DNA of 64,000 bases from Ylistrum balloti (Eukaryota): assembly GCF_031769215.1 (NCBI RefSeq), contig NW_026782195.1:1674001-1738000 (forward strand). Reading direction: 5' to 3'. Shown one piece after another: positions 1-11,807 of this stretch. How positions within the stretch are numbered: position 1 is the stretch's first letter; each line of letters begins with the position of its first letter. The position numbers were made by a program, and so were the translations under genes. The notes under the pieces are model-generated. The model did not search any database, was not told the DNA's origin, and saw only the letters and a program-made list of their open reading frames with translations.

Positions 1-124
1 CCTTTCTTCACCAATGGAAACGGCATTTTTCGTCCCGGATTTCCGCCAGGTTACCAACATCCGGCGCATCACCATCCACCAGTGCTTCAACATAGCCCAA
101 TAGCACCAACATCTGTTCAGAACG
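1..124 (+). CDS. NOL4: NOL4/NOL4L-like, penultimate coding exon (5' part outside window)
   Basis: Frame 1 is open from base 1 (PFFTNGNGIFRPGFPPGYQHPAHHHPPVLQHSPIAPTSVQN). It ends at the donor G|GTATGT (124/125), phase 1, which joins in frame to the exon at 1110. Confidence 0.75.
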
Positions 125-1109
125 GTATGTTTTTATTACCCACAAGTATCTATTATGACTTTGATCTGATCTGTCGCAGGACTTTGATAATTGCAATATT
201 ATCAAACCAGGTTTCAAATTGTACAAGCAACGTTGTAGTAAACAGTCAGTACAGTGTTATCATACTGTATCGCTATTTAACAACGGAGGATCAAACTAAA
301 AACGAAATTACATTTATTTATCATTTTTTAAAATGTTTTATTGAAATTCCAAACTTCTGACGTTTTATTGGTATAGCCTAACCCACTGAGGTTATCAAAA
401 ATGTAATCCTAAGTGGACAAAGGCAACTTTTGTATTTCGTCGAGTTTTAACAGAATCCGTTTTCAGTTCAATACTTTATAGGACCAGTCATCAATAAGGA
501 AATATCTAGTCCTGTCTAAGCGCAACAGGAAGTTACGCGTACATCACTCTTTTCTGTGATATCGTTAGAGATTGTTGACGCAGCCCATTTTATACATACT
601 CAATGCACTTGCAATGCATTCACCATCAGATAGACAGCATTCACTTAGGTTCGTATACAATACAAAAATTTAGAAAATTATTCTTATTTTCTTATGTATT
701 CCTGCAAGAAGCATTTTCCTAAATCGAAAGCAAAATACCTTACCATCAGAAATCGTGTCAGATGCTCTTGACGCGTCAATGTCACCTACGAATGTACAAA
801 AGGTGTCGTCAATACGTGCAACACATTAAGGACTTGTTCAAACGCCCAGGAAACAATGTTAAAAACCTATGATTCTAGTCGTTGATTTCGTTTAGCAAAT
901 CTTTTAATCGGTTAGATCAAATCTGTGTATCTTAGATTCCAAGATAGTGTTTGTATCAGGTAATGTCTTCAGAAGGAATGATTTCCTGTGTGTTATATCT
1001 GGAATAGTGAGTGTTTTACTGTAAATCTCGACCTGTGTATGATTTACGTGTTATGCGTGGAGACAAGACAAATCAGCCAGTTATAACAGTATTGCATTGT
1101 GCTTTACAG

Positions 1110-1270
1110 GCCCAACGGACCTAAGCATGAAGAAACAAGCCTCGAAGAACCAACTGAGCGCCAGTGAGGTGGCGACGATCAAACAACTGATAGCCGGCTA
1201 CAGGGAGTCGGCGGCCTTCCTTTATCGATCAGCTGACGAACTCGAGCAGCTGCTACTGCAACAGAACTGA
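1110..1270 (+). CDS. NOL4: NOL4/NOL4L-like, terminal coding exon
   Basis: Acceptor gctttacag| at 1109. Translation [53 protein letters not shown] closely matches the C-terminus I recall for vertebrate NOL4/NOL4L ([27 protein letters not shown]). Stop TGA at 1268-1270. Confidence 0.85.
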
Positions 1271-4200
1271 CGGACATCATCTCTATTTTAAACTGCAGCA
1301 GGATTCTGTTTTTAATTTTGAAAACACTTGAATGCCTTGGTAACGTCGATATTTTGAAGAGTATATATGATCTACTAAAGTGTTATTTTATAAACATATA
1401 CCTCGCTTTATTTTTCTCCGGATTGTGATTATGTTATTTAGGAGTATTCCCTCATGGTAGTTTTCGGATGTTTCCGGGGAAGATCGGCAATGCCCGGTAC
1501 TTTCGCGATATTCCAAGTTTTATTGAACAAGCTACAAGAATATTGTGGAATATTCCTGGCTCTATTTTTCTATCTACGGTCATGTCTTTCTTTAGTTGCT
1601 ATTTGTAGAGAGATTTTGAAGATTTATATACAAGAACGAAAGGACAGAACATATTAACCTAAAATGCCCGCAAGAACTCCACATGAGTGATTTTTTTTAA
1701 AAAAAATATAGAACTATTTGTTTGAAATAACTCACAAGAAAGGGAATTTATTTATATGGAATATAGAAATTTAATATTCATATCATGCTACCCTGAAAAT
1801 ATATGGCGACAATCGCTACATGTAGTGACTTGTGGGGTCATTGTAATATGTTATCTTTCCTGTACTTGATGGCTCAATGTGGTATGTCTTGTGTGCCTCA
1901 CGTATGTGTGGTACAGTTTGCCTAGTATATCGTAAATCATTAACACAAGGGTAGATAACTCTTGTGATTGGTTTCTCCAGTGGCCGTACGGCAGCCCAGC
2001 GGATCCTATGTATACATATTGTTTGTGCAGTATGATGACCTGTATATAAACATATAAATATATATGAGATTGAAAGTTGAATTATGTAAAGACGTATATT
2101 TAAAGAAATGTTGAAAGACAATGTTAAAATCAATGCTATATCATGTTTTTGAAGAAATGTTAATTATCAATGTGTATGCTATTGGTTTCTGAGTGGTTTT
2201 TTAATTTGTGGATAGTGCAATTTTTGTCCATGATGTTGATTTGATCTCAGGCGTTTTGTCAATTTTAACAATTTTAAAAACTGGATTACACTTTACAGAT
2301 GTGTCATCACAGTCCTAGAAGTATTAGGAGTTTAAAAAAAATACAATTGTTGTCCGAAGATTATTTAACCAGAGACCATATAGAGGATAATTAAGTCCGA
2401 CTTTGGTCAGATCGAGGTAGCCTTAATCAGTTTGAATTGTAAAGCCGGATTGAAATAGACTAATTAAGACTTACGACTTGGTTGCAAATGAAGAAGTAAT
2501 ATATTTCCTAATTCAGCCTTAAAATCGATATTGAAACCATGACAAAATCAGACTTAAGTCAGACTAAGCCTTACGGTTACTAGTTAGAATAAGACTTACA
2601 GATTACTAGTCAAAGAATTAAGATTCAGTCTGCGGTCCAATTTACTTATTAGTTAGACGAAAACAAAGTCAGACTTGAGGTTATTAGTCAAATTAAGGCA
2701 CAAGTCAGACTTTCGATTACCTGTCAAACTTACGATTACTAGACAGACTGAGATAAAGTCAGGTGTAAGTTTACCAAAGATAAAGTCAGACTTAAGATTA
2801 CTAGATAAACTAATATATAGTCAAACGTGAGATTTTTAGAAACTTTTAGATAAAGTTGGATTTGAGTTAACAGTTGAATTAGCCGTTCTATAGTCTTGTT
2901 TGATTATTTCTAGGTTAATGTCTTTAAAACTTTGTTTATTTAAGGTTCACGTGTTAATCTTAGTCCTTTTTTCAATTTGTCATCATTTTCATTTCAGACT
3001 TTTCAAGATTTTCAACAGTAACTTAATGTACATTTACCATAAAATGATTGCACATGGCTTCAAAAAGCTCTGTGTGTGTGTTGTGATAACGGTTTTATGA
3101 CTCTTCGTCTTATGTATATATATATATTTATTTAAGAGTATCGTCTGATTAATTAACGAGTCGGTAACGTTATAGGCCTTAACAGGTACTTTGACGGGTT
3201 CCCTGTCGTTTGGGCAGTCTGCTCTATACTCTGTATAAAAGTGGAATCTCAAAGTGCTAGGGGACACCCATATGTGTCTGGCTGCAGAAACACTATTTTT
3301 GGGTATGAAAGCTTATGTAATGTTTTCATTTTAATATTTGAATCTCAATGCATACTACCTAGTCATGATTTTTTGTGTAAGAAGTACGGTATCCAGTATC
3401 GGACAAGTCAACTTTATATATAGCCGTGGCTTGTTGGATTTTGTATTTAAAATATGCCTTATATCTTTTGTGGGTTTTCAACATTCATATACTTACAACT
3501 GTTACTTCATGATTTTTTTTCGTTTATTATTATTTTTTTTTCATTTTTTTTTTGTTATGTTATTGTTTATTTATATCCCAATACTCATTCAGACAATGTG
3601 CCTGTCCATTTTCTCATCTGATTATTGGAACTTGACGCACGGTTTTAGTAGTTAAAAACGTAATTAGAGTTATCTCCCTTCTTACAAAAAAAATTAGCAG
3701 CAGAGAACTGATTTTAACGTAAATGAGGAGTACTTGAAGTTTTTTTCTCCCTTGGCGTGACGTCATTTGTCCGTACTCTTATTTCTGATAAAGTTTTTTA
3801 CCTCTAGTGCATTACTTAAGATAAAGTATTTATTATCAGTGTTTCCTTCGCTAACACATTCCACTTCATTGATATTGTTGAGAACAATTGTTATTTATTA
3901 ACTCGATATTTAAAGCACCAATGCGTACGATAATGAGTGTTTATATAATTGAGACGATACCTGAAATTCGAGTATAATATATGTTTTCCAGATAAGAAAT
4001 GCTGGATCACCATTTACGCCAACAAGTTTTATTGCAGATAATTGATATATTAAATATCAGTATCAAATACTACCACATAATTGATTGTGTACATCATTCC
4101 ATCAATGATTTCATTCCACGACACGGATTTTGAATAACTTATATTTTATTTATTGTTAATAGGTTTTACAGTACTGAAGTATTGCAATTACGTATCTTGT

Positions 4201-4933
4201 AAAATACTCTAATTCTAGTCGATCTTTTAAGGGCGGGTCCAGTTCATCACTTTTAATAGATTTTTGTTTTCTTTTAATTATTTATTCATTCCATGTTTTG
4301 TTCATGAATGTACATTCCATGACCGTTTTGGTCTGTTAATGTTGTTTATTCTCCATTCCATTACGTACACGGTCCCCCATTTGTTCAGCTCTGTCGTCAT
4401 GAAGGGTAACTGAAATTATCAAACCCAACATTTGTTTTAAGAATCTGAAGTTTGTTACAAGAATACCCATTTAGTCTAAAAATGTTTGAATTGAACTGAA
4501 TCATTGAAATCCAGACAAAGAAATATACGACATGTTTCACGTAAGAGTGTGAACATCCGGGGTCTGTGCACATCCGGGGTCTCGTGTACGACCGGACCGA
4601 GTTTTGTACTTCCGGTAGTTTATTTTTTAATTTGTTTATCAGGAACATGTACTGAATCTCTAAGTGCAATATATGTATTAATGTATGGTTAGGCATGGCA
4701 GTACAGAGGATATTTATAATATATAGTATATATTATGTATTTTGTTTTGTGAACATGAAATAAATTGAAAAAAAATAACGTCAACCAAATGTGTAGTTAT
4801 TTGTCAGCCTGATTTCAGGTCCAATTTAAGCCACACAGACTTGAGACACTTGACAAACAATGCTTTCCTCGAATAATTCTTTTATGTGTAGTTTTCGTAA
4901 AGGGAATGAATTAGTACTTCAACCAGACCAATA

Positions 4934-5082
4934 NNNNNNNNNNNNNNNNNNNNNNNNNNNNNNNNNNNNNNNNNNNNNNNNNNNNNNNNNNNNNNNNNNN
5001 NNNNNNNNNNNNNNNNNNNNNNNNNNNNNNNNNNNNNNNNNNNNNNNNNNNNNNNNNNNNNNNNNNNNNNNNNNNNNNNNNN
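4934..5082. other. Assembly gap (149 N)
   Basis: Run of N bases. Confidence 1.
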
Positions 5083-5727
5083 TCTAATATTTATTTACGT
5101 ATTTGACGAAAAATACCACAGGGAAAATGGCCATTCAAGGACAGGTATATGATGTACTGTATTCAAAAAATGATTCATTACATTGTGATGTTTATCAAAC
5201 TGACAAAAAGCTTTACAACGCAAGTTCATAAGAATTTATTTTAGAATACACGTCTTCAGTCATATCGACAGAACATTTATTCTAAATATGGTATTCATGT
5301 CCGTGTATTCAATATAAGTTGAGGACCATATTCTTCTGCATGGGGCAAAAAGACCCGTACTCGGGGACAATATCATATCAAAGTTTGAAGGAAAGTGTAC
5401 TTAACAGAAGTTCTCCAAATAATACTTTCTATTCCAACAAGTGAATTTCATCGGCTGTTCCGTATGAGAACACCACTATAGAAAGGAAGGCGAACAACCA
5501 GTTAATTATGGGCCCAGATAAAGAAATCTAATCCTTGTTTTTCCATATCGTTAAGGAGTCGGGGACCGATCAAGCCGAAAGGGATGTAAATCATAAAATA
5601 ATCATACATTTGTTCGAATGAAAGAAAATCCTGTTAATAATTTTCAGATGTATGAAGGGTGGGGGGATAGAAGCAAGATAGTAAAAACATCAAACCGCGA
5701 TCACTAATTGTGATGAAAGGGGAGGCG

Positions 5728-6283
5728 AAATAGTGGGAGGTGTACCGCAGAGCTCGGTAGGACTAAATAATGGAAGGTGTACCTCAGAGCTCGGCATGAC
5801 CAAATAATGGGAGGTGTACCTCAGAGGTCGGCATGACCAAATAATGGGAGGTGTACCTCAGAGGTCGGCAGGACTAAACAATGGGAAGTGTGCCTCAGAG
5901 CTCGGCATGACTAAATAATGGGAGGTGTATCTCAGAGGTCGGCAGGACCAAATGATGGAAGGTGTTCCTCAGAGGTCGGCAGGACCAAATGATGGAAGGT
6001 GTACTTTAGAGCTCGGCAGGACCAAATAATGGGAGGTGTACTTCAGAGGTCGGCATGACCAAATGATGGAAGGTGTACCTCAGAGCTCGACAGGACCAAA
6101 TGATGGAAGGTGTACTTCAGAGCTCGGCAGGACCAAATAATGGGAGGTGTACCCCAGAGGTCGGCATGACCAAATGATGGAAGGTGTACCTCAGAGCTCC
6201 ACAGGACCAAATAATTGGAGGTGTACCGCAAGAGTTCTGTATGACTAATTCGTTGGAGGTCTACCTCTACAGCTCGGCAGGAC
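5728..6283. repeat. 37-bp minisatellite, ~15 copies
   Basis: Unit GACCAAATAATGGGAGGTGTACCTCAGAGGTCGGCAT; period 37 (5761, 5798, ...). Confidence 0.95.
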
Positions 6284-7299
6284 ATCGGTTACAAAGTAGT
6301 TAGGTTGATCAGTTCCGACACTTTTTAGAAAGGAGCATCATTTTACTGATAAAGGAATCAACCCAATTGTAATATTTTCAGTTGCACAGGGCTACATTAT
6401 GATTATATCAAACTCGCTTACATTATCTGTCAATATACTTACATTGTTTTAAATGCGTTTATAAAATAGATATCTAGTGAAATGACAGTGTATCATTTAT
6501 TTAAAATAAACTTAATGTCTACAGATATTACATTGTATCGAACTCATTTACAAAACAAGTGTCTGCCGATATTTTCTTGTATCGAACTTGTGTAAAATAC
6601 AAGTGTCTAACGATATTACATTGTATCGAACTTGTTTATAAAAAAGCGTCTACCGATTTTATATCGTGTTTTATAAAACTAGTGAACATTAAGATATATC
6701 ATATTCGTTCCAATCTACTCTTAAAGACCGGTTACCTGTTTTAGGAAAATAATCCTTATATTTACAAATGACAATTACAGACTTTGGAATAATTATATTA
6801 AGAAATTTTCCCGTCCTTAGAGCAGTAGCAGGTTCAACTGAACTGTCATATTATACCGGAACCAGTAGGTGGCGGTACAGTATCTAGGCGTCATTGACAA
6901 CACAGTGTCAACAAAATAGTTCCAAGAAGATGTCTTAGATGGTTCTTTACCTTTATATCACGTTTATATAAAATAAAGTGATTTGAGAACACATAACACA
7001 TTTCCAGTTAGTATAACTAATAAGCTGTATAACGCCGCGCAGTCCAATCACTTGCGTTAGTGTTAATACCGAGTGACTCTTATAACAACACTTCTCATAC
7101 ATACAGATCAACTTATTAATGGCCATAGAATTCACTATATAGTATCCAATGTACAGATTTTATGACAGTACATTACCCCTTCAACATGTACAATACATAA
7201 AACTTGTAATACTGACATGTACGTGGTATCAAACTCAATTACATCGCAGCTGCTGTACCAGAGAGATAAAGGGGGTGGGGGCACTTGGAAGCAGTATCG

Positions 7300-8046
7300 A
7301 TGTACTTTTGACATATCAAGTCCTGTGTCTGCCATTTGTTTTCTTTACAAATCGCTACTTGTCATAAACGATCGTGTGGATTTTGACAAAATTTTGTCTG
7401 AAGGATCCTTGTGTAAACGACAGGTCTACACTCATGGGGCTAGAGAGGAGTGGTCTAATAGAAGAAGCAGACGGATAATTCTAAAACCTGTCTTCTGTTT
7501 GGATGGAGGTATTGTGTCCAAATTGGTCTAAAGAATCCTAGGAATAAGGAGACATTATTTTGTATAAAAGGTGGGTCTTCGCTTCCATTGGCCTGAAAGG
7601 TGAGACCACAAATGAGTAATTTAGCAAACTCTTTAAAAACCATCTTCTTCTGTGGGAATGATCGAATTTTGGCCAAATTTGCTCTGAAGCATCCTAATGC
7701 GAAGAGGAACAATTTTCCTGAGTCGCGGGCCCAAAAGGAATTGTAGAAAAATTTCTTGAAATTCCTCTTCATCTGTAGGAATGATTGGATTTTAATTTTG
7801 TATAAACGACTGATCTGACCCCCAGGGGTCAGAGTGATGGGACACAATAGGAGAAGTTAGGAGCAGTTTTATCATCCTTCTTCTTCTCTTGGGATGAGGG
7901 GCGTGCCCAATACTGCAGGTAGCTTAATATAAAATCTTTGAAATATATTTTCTGTTGCAATCAAAATTATTTGGACAAAATTTCGTTTCTTTGAGTGAAG
8001 GGAACTCAGTCATGTAAACCAAGGGTCAGCAGAATGACAAGGCCCA

Positions 8047-8080
<34 letters not shown>

Positions 8081-8262
8081 GTTAGAGATTAAGAATTGTC
8101 TTCTTTTTTTGCTTGCATAAAGGTATTTCAACAAAATTGGGTTTGAAGTTTTAAAATTTCTAATTTTGAAAAATGTTACAATATATTTGTAAATGAAAGT
8201 GTTTCGAAATTAAAGCTGAAATATCCAGGCAAGCGAATCAGGTCTCCTGTGTCACTTGTTTA
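7300..8262. mobile_element. Decayed non-autonomous Helentron/Helitron-associated (HINE-like) element
   Basis: Blocks such as aaaaccatcttcttc...ttggccaaatttgctctgaagcatcc and the end caggcaagcgaatcaggtctcctgtgtcacttgtt resemble common bivalve Helentron-type repeats as I recall them. It has an internal (AT)n(GA)n microsatellite at 8047-8080. Boundaries approximate. Confidence 0.5.
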
Positions 8263-8586
8263 TTTTAACATAACGTTCAAAACAATTAAACTGGGTGTAT
8301 CACTATGACTCAAATATTACGTCACCGAAATGTCCATTCTCATGTACAGGTAATTTCTTACCTGAATAGGCATGTGTGTATTCGTTCTACAAGAGTCGCT
8401 GGAGCGTGGTACCGCCACCGAAAACCGGTCTGTCTGGTTCACATGTTGACAATGTTCTATTTATACGTGGATCGATGAGATCGCCCGACATGGTTTGTTA
8501 TATTGATGCCAGGTATCGAGAATTCTCCGTTATGTTCTGACGGTAAAACAGTTCCGATGTCGAATTGAATTCGCTCATGCCCTGAC

Positions 8587-9013
8587 ATGGCCGAAGCAGC
8601 CATAGAAACGGATATGGACGGCACTACAGTTGGGGACACTGTTACCCCCGATACAGACAAACAGGTCCACGAGAATTCGGAGTCGACCCACGACTCCCCC
8701 GCCCCACGGGATGAGGATCCAACCTCCATCCCTGACGACGACACACCTCCTCCTGAGATCATCTGGAGTGATAAGAAGTATGGTGTCGGGGATTTCACGG
8801 AGGAGTCAGGTCTCCTCCAGAAGGTGTGTCGATTTTCTGAAGTCCCTGGGAAGGGGAATTTGTCCCCAGGGTTGAAAATATACTCGGATCAGCCCGTGTG
8901 GCTACATAGTCGACACAAGAAACGCCACGCGAAGGCCCGGACTATTTACAAGGACAAGGACGGGGCCTATTTCGAGGTCGGACAAACTCTCCTTATACCG
9001 GACGACTTCCAAG
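8587..9013 (+). CDS. CABIT-domain protein A (GAREM/Themis family), coding exon 1
   Basis: Start gacATGG. Acidic N-terminus, then IIWSDKKY...EVGQTLLIPDDFQG. Donor AAG|GTAAAG at 9013/9014, phase 1. Confidence 0.88.
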
Positions 9014-9234
9014 GTAAAGTAGCCACGTGGTTTTTGGTATTGACAATGTGTATCACTTAGCACACATACACACACATAATTCATGTGTTTTGTTATGCTA
9101 GACAAATGCAAACAGCAATACGGTGTATGTTATCTGTACATAACTAGGTATTTAGACAGGGGTATTATATACCATGACGACCATGATGTTACTGGTGCAG
9201 TGTATTTCAATAAAATGTTTATTACAAAATCTAA

Positions 9235-10548
9235 CCCCTACATACTGATATGTTATCTGTCCCCTACATACAGATATGTTATCTCCCGTGTCCCCTACAT
9301 ACTGATATGTTATCTTTCCCCTACATACTGATATGTTATCTGTCCCCTACATACTGATATGTTATCTGTCCCCTACATACTGATATGTTATCTGTCCCCT
9401 ACATACTGATATGTTACCTCCCGTGTCCCCTACATACTGATATGTTATCTCCCGTGTCCCCTACATACTGATATGTTATCTCCCGTGTCCCCTACATACT
9501 GATATGTTATCTGTCCCCTACATACAGATATTATCTGTCCCCTACATACTGATATGTTATCTGTCCCCTACATACTGATATGTTATCTGTCCCCTACATA
9601 CAGATATTATCTGTCCCCTACATACTGATATGTTATCTGTCCCCTACATACTGATATGTTATCTGTCCCCTACATACTGATATCTGTCCCCTATATACTG
9701 ATATGTTATCTCCCGTGTCCCCTACATACTGACATGTTATCTGTCCCCTACATACAGATATATTATCTGTCCCCTACATACTGATATGTTATCTGTCCCC
9801 TACATACTGATATGTTATCTGTCCCCTACATACTGATATGTTATCTGTCCCCTACATACTGATATGTTATCTGTCCCCTACATACTGATATGTTATCTGT
9901 CCCCTACATACAGATGTGTTATCTCCCGTGTCCCCTACATACATATATGGTATCTGTCCCCTACATACTGATATGTTACCTGTCCCCTACATACTGATAT
10001 GTTATCTGTCCCCTACATACTGATATGTTATCTGTCCCCTACATACTGATATGTTACCTGTCCCCTACATGCTGATATGTTATCTGTCCCCTACATACTG
10101 ATATGTTATCTGTCCCCTACATACTGATATGTTATCTGTCCCCTACATACAGATATGTTACCTGTCCCCTACATACTGATACGTTATCTGTCCCCTACAT
10201 ACTGATATGTTATCTGTCCCCTACATACTGATGTGTTATCTGTCCCCTACATACTGATGTGTTATCTGTCCCCTACATACTGATATGTTATCTGTCCCCT
10301 ACATACTGACATAATACCTTTCCCCTACATACTGATATGTTATCTGTCCCCTACATACTGATATGTTATCTCCCGTGTCCCCTACATACTGATATGTTAT
10401 CTGTCCCCTTCATACTGATATGTTACCTGTCCCCTACATACTGATAAGGTATTTCCCGTGTCCCCTACATACTGATATGTTATCTGTCCCCTACATACTG
10501 ATATGTTATCTGTCCCCTACATACTGATATGTTATCTCCCGTTTCCCA
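9235..10548. repeat. 26-bp intronic minisatellite, ~50 copies
   Basis: Unit CCCCTACATACTGATATGTTATCTGT, with occasional CCCGT-insertion variants. Fills most of gene A's intron. Confidence 0.97.
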
Positions 10549-10842
10549 CCTTAATACTTGTATGTTATTCTATGACCCCGTCCTAAAATTATTGCGGGTG
10601 TTACCCTGAATGCCCCTACTGGTGGTCGACGGAATAAGGATAAACTCTCTGTCGCTATTTACAGAGATTCCGTGGCATCTTAAGCTTGTTGTGTTACCGG
10701 GGAAAAAACGATGATTAACAATATTTATCATAATTACGTAGTGACATTTTGTGTGCCAATGTGTTACCATAGCGTGTTTGTTAATGTTCTACGAATTACC
10801 TCCCTTAGTACAAAAAATTATTTTAACACCTTTGTTTTACAG

Positions 10843-11807
10843 GATGGTTTGAGCTGGTGCCCCCGGACTTCACCAGGGCGCGCTACTGTAAGGACATCGC
10901 TGAAGTTGCTAGTGTGATGCCAAAGAGAATTTTCACTCGGACGAGGTTGAAAGGAATTCGAATAGTTCAGGAAGGCGAGGAACAAAGCTATCTGGAGAGA
11001 AAGGTTTCCGCGGGATCCATCTTACGTGTTGAGGGTACTTTCTCAGCAAAGTGGAGAACGTCTGCAGAAACGGGCCTGATGAAAAAGAAAAGTAAAAACT
11101 GGACTACGGTCGAGGAACAATATCTAAAATGTTTAGACAAGGACGGAAAAGAGGTCATGATTCCATATAAACAAAAAGGTAAATTCAATATTATTTATGA
11201 GAAAGGATCGAAAGACAGTAGATGTATTTTACATATGAAGGATATAATTACGAATTTTTCTTTGCCGCTTAAAGTAAGACTGCTATTCGGAAAACCTCCC
11301 GTGAATCCATGTATTTTCACTGGAATGATGGTACTGAAAAGTCATACGCTGTGTGAAAGTATTGTGGGGAGCACAGCGTCAAACCGGCGTAACGTGTTGT
11401 TCGAGGTGCCTCTAGACTCGCCATGTGTTGTGGAGGTGGCAGAGAACGAGCGTGAGAGTTGTGGCCATCGGCGAGCGTACAAGGACGGTAAAAAACTGTG
11501 TCAACTGTATGCAACGTCATATTCATCACTTATCAAACTTTCACCGGATATGGACACCGACCAGCAGCTGTACCAGCACATCCCTACCGCCAAATCAAAG
11601 CGTGGAGCAGACGACAGTCTCCAGACACTTGATCTCATCACCAACATTAGTTTGACAGAAGAACCAGTTGACACATTCATACAGGAGTTTTCTGACACAG
11701 ATTCCATACAAAGTGCAGACCAGTCTAGCACCCCTGTCAAAGGCAGTCTAATGGAACTCAAGGAGATATCGGGAAATAGGTCACGTGATGATACCACGTT
11801 ATGCTAG
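10843..11807 (+). CDS. CABIT-domain protein A, coding exon 2 (spliced product 463 aa)
   Basis: Acceptor tttgttttacag|GA TGG TTT GAG (GWFELV). CABIT signature YLKCLDKDGKEVMIPYKQKGKF fits phi-x-C-x7-phi-x-(L/I)P-phi-x3-G-x-F. Also has LLFGKPPVNPCIFTG. Stop TAG at 11805-11807. Confidence 0.9.

Noticed and set aside
2380-2870. Loose recurrences of AGTCAGACTTAAG...TTACTAG
   Set aside because: Too degenerate to define a unit; probably an old decayed repeat in the NOL4 3' region.
4860-5087. 75-aa ORF
   Set aside because: Mostly spans the N gap.
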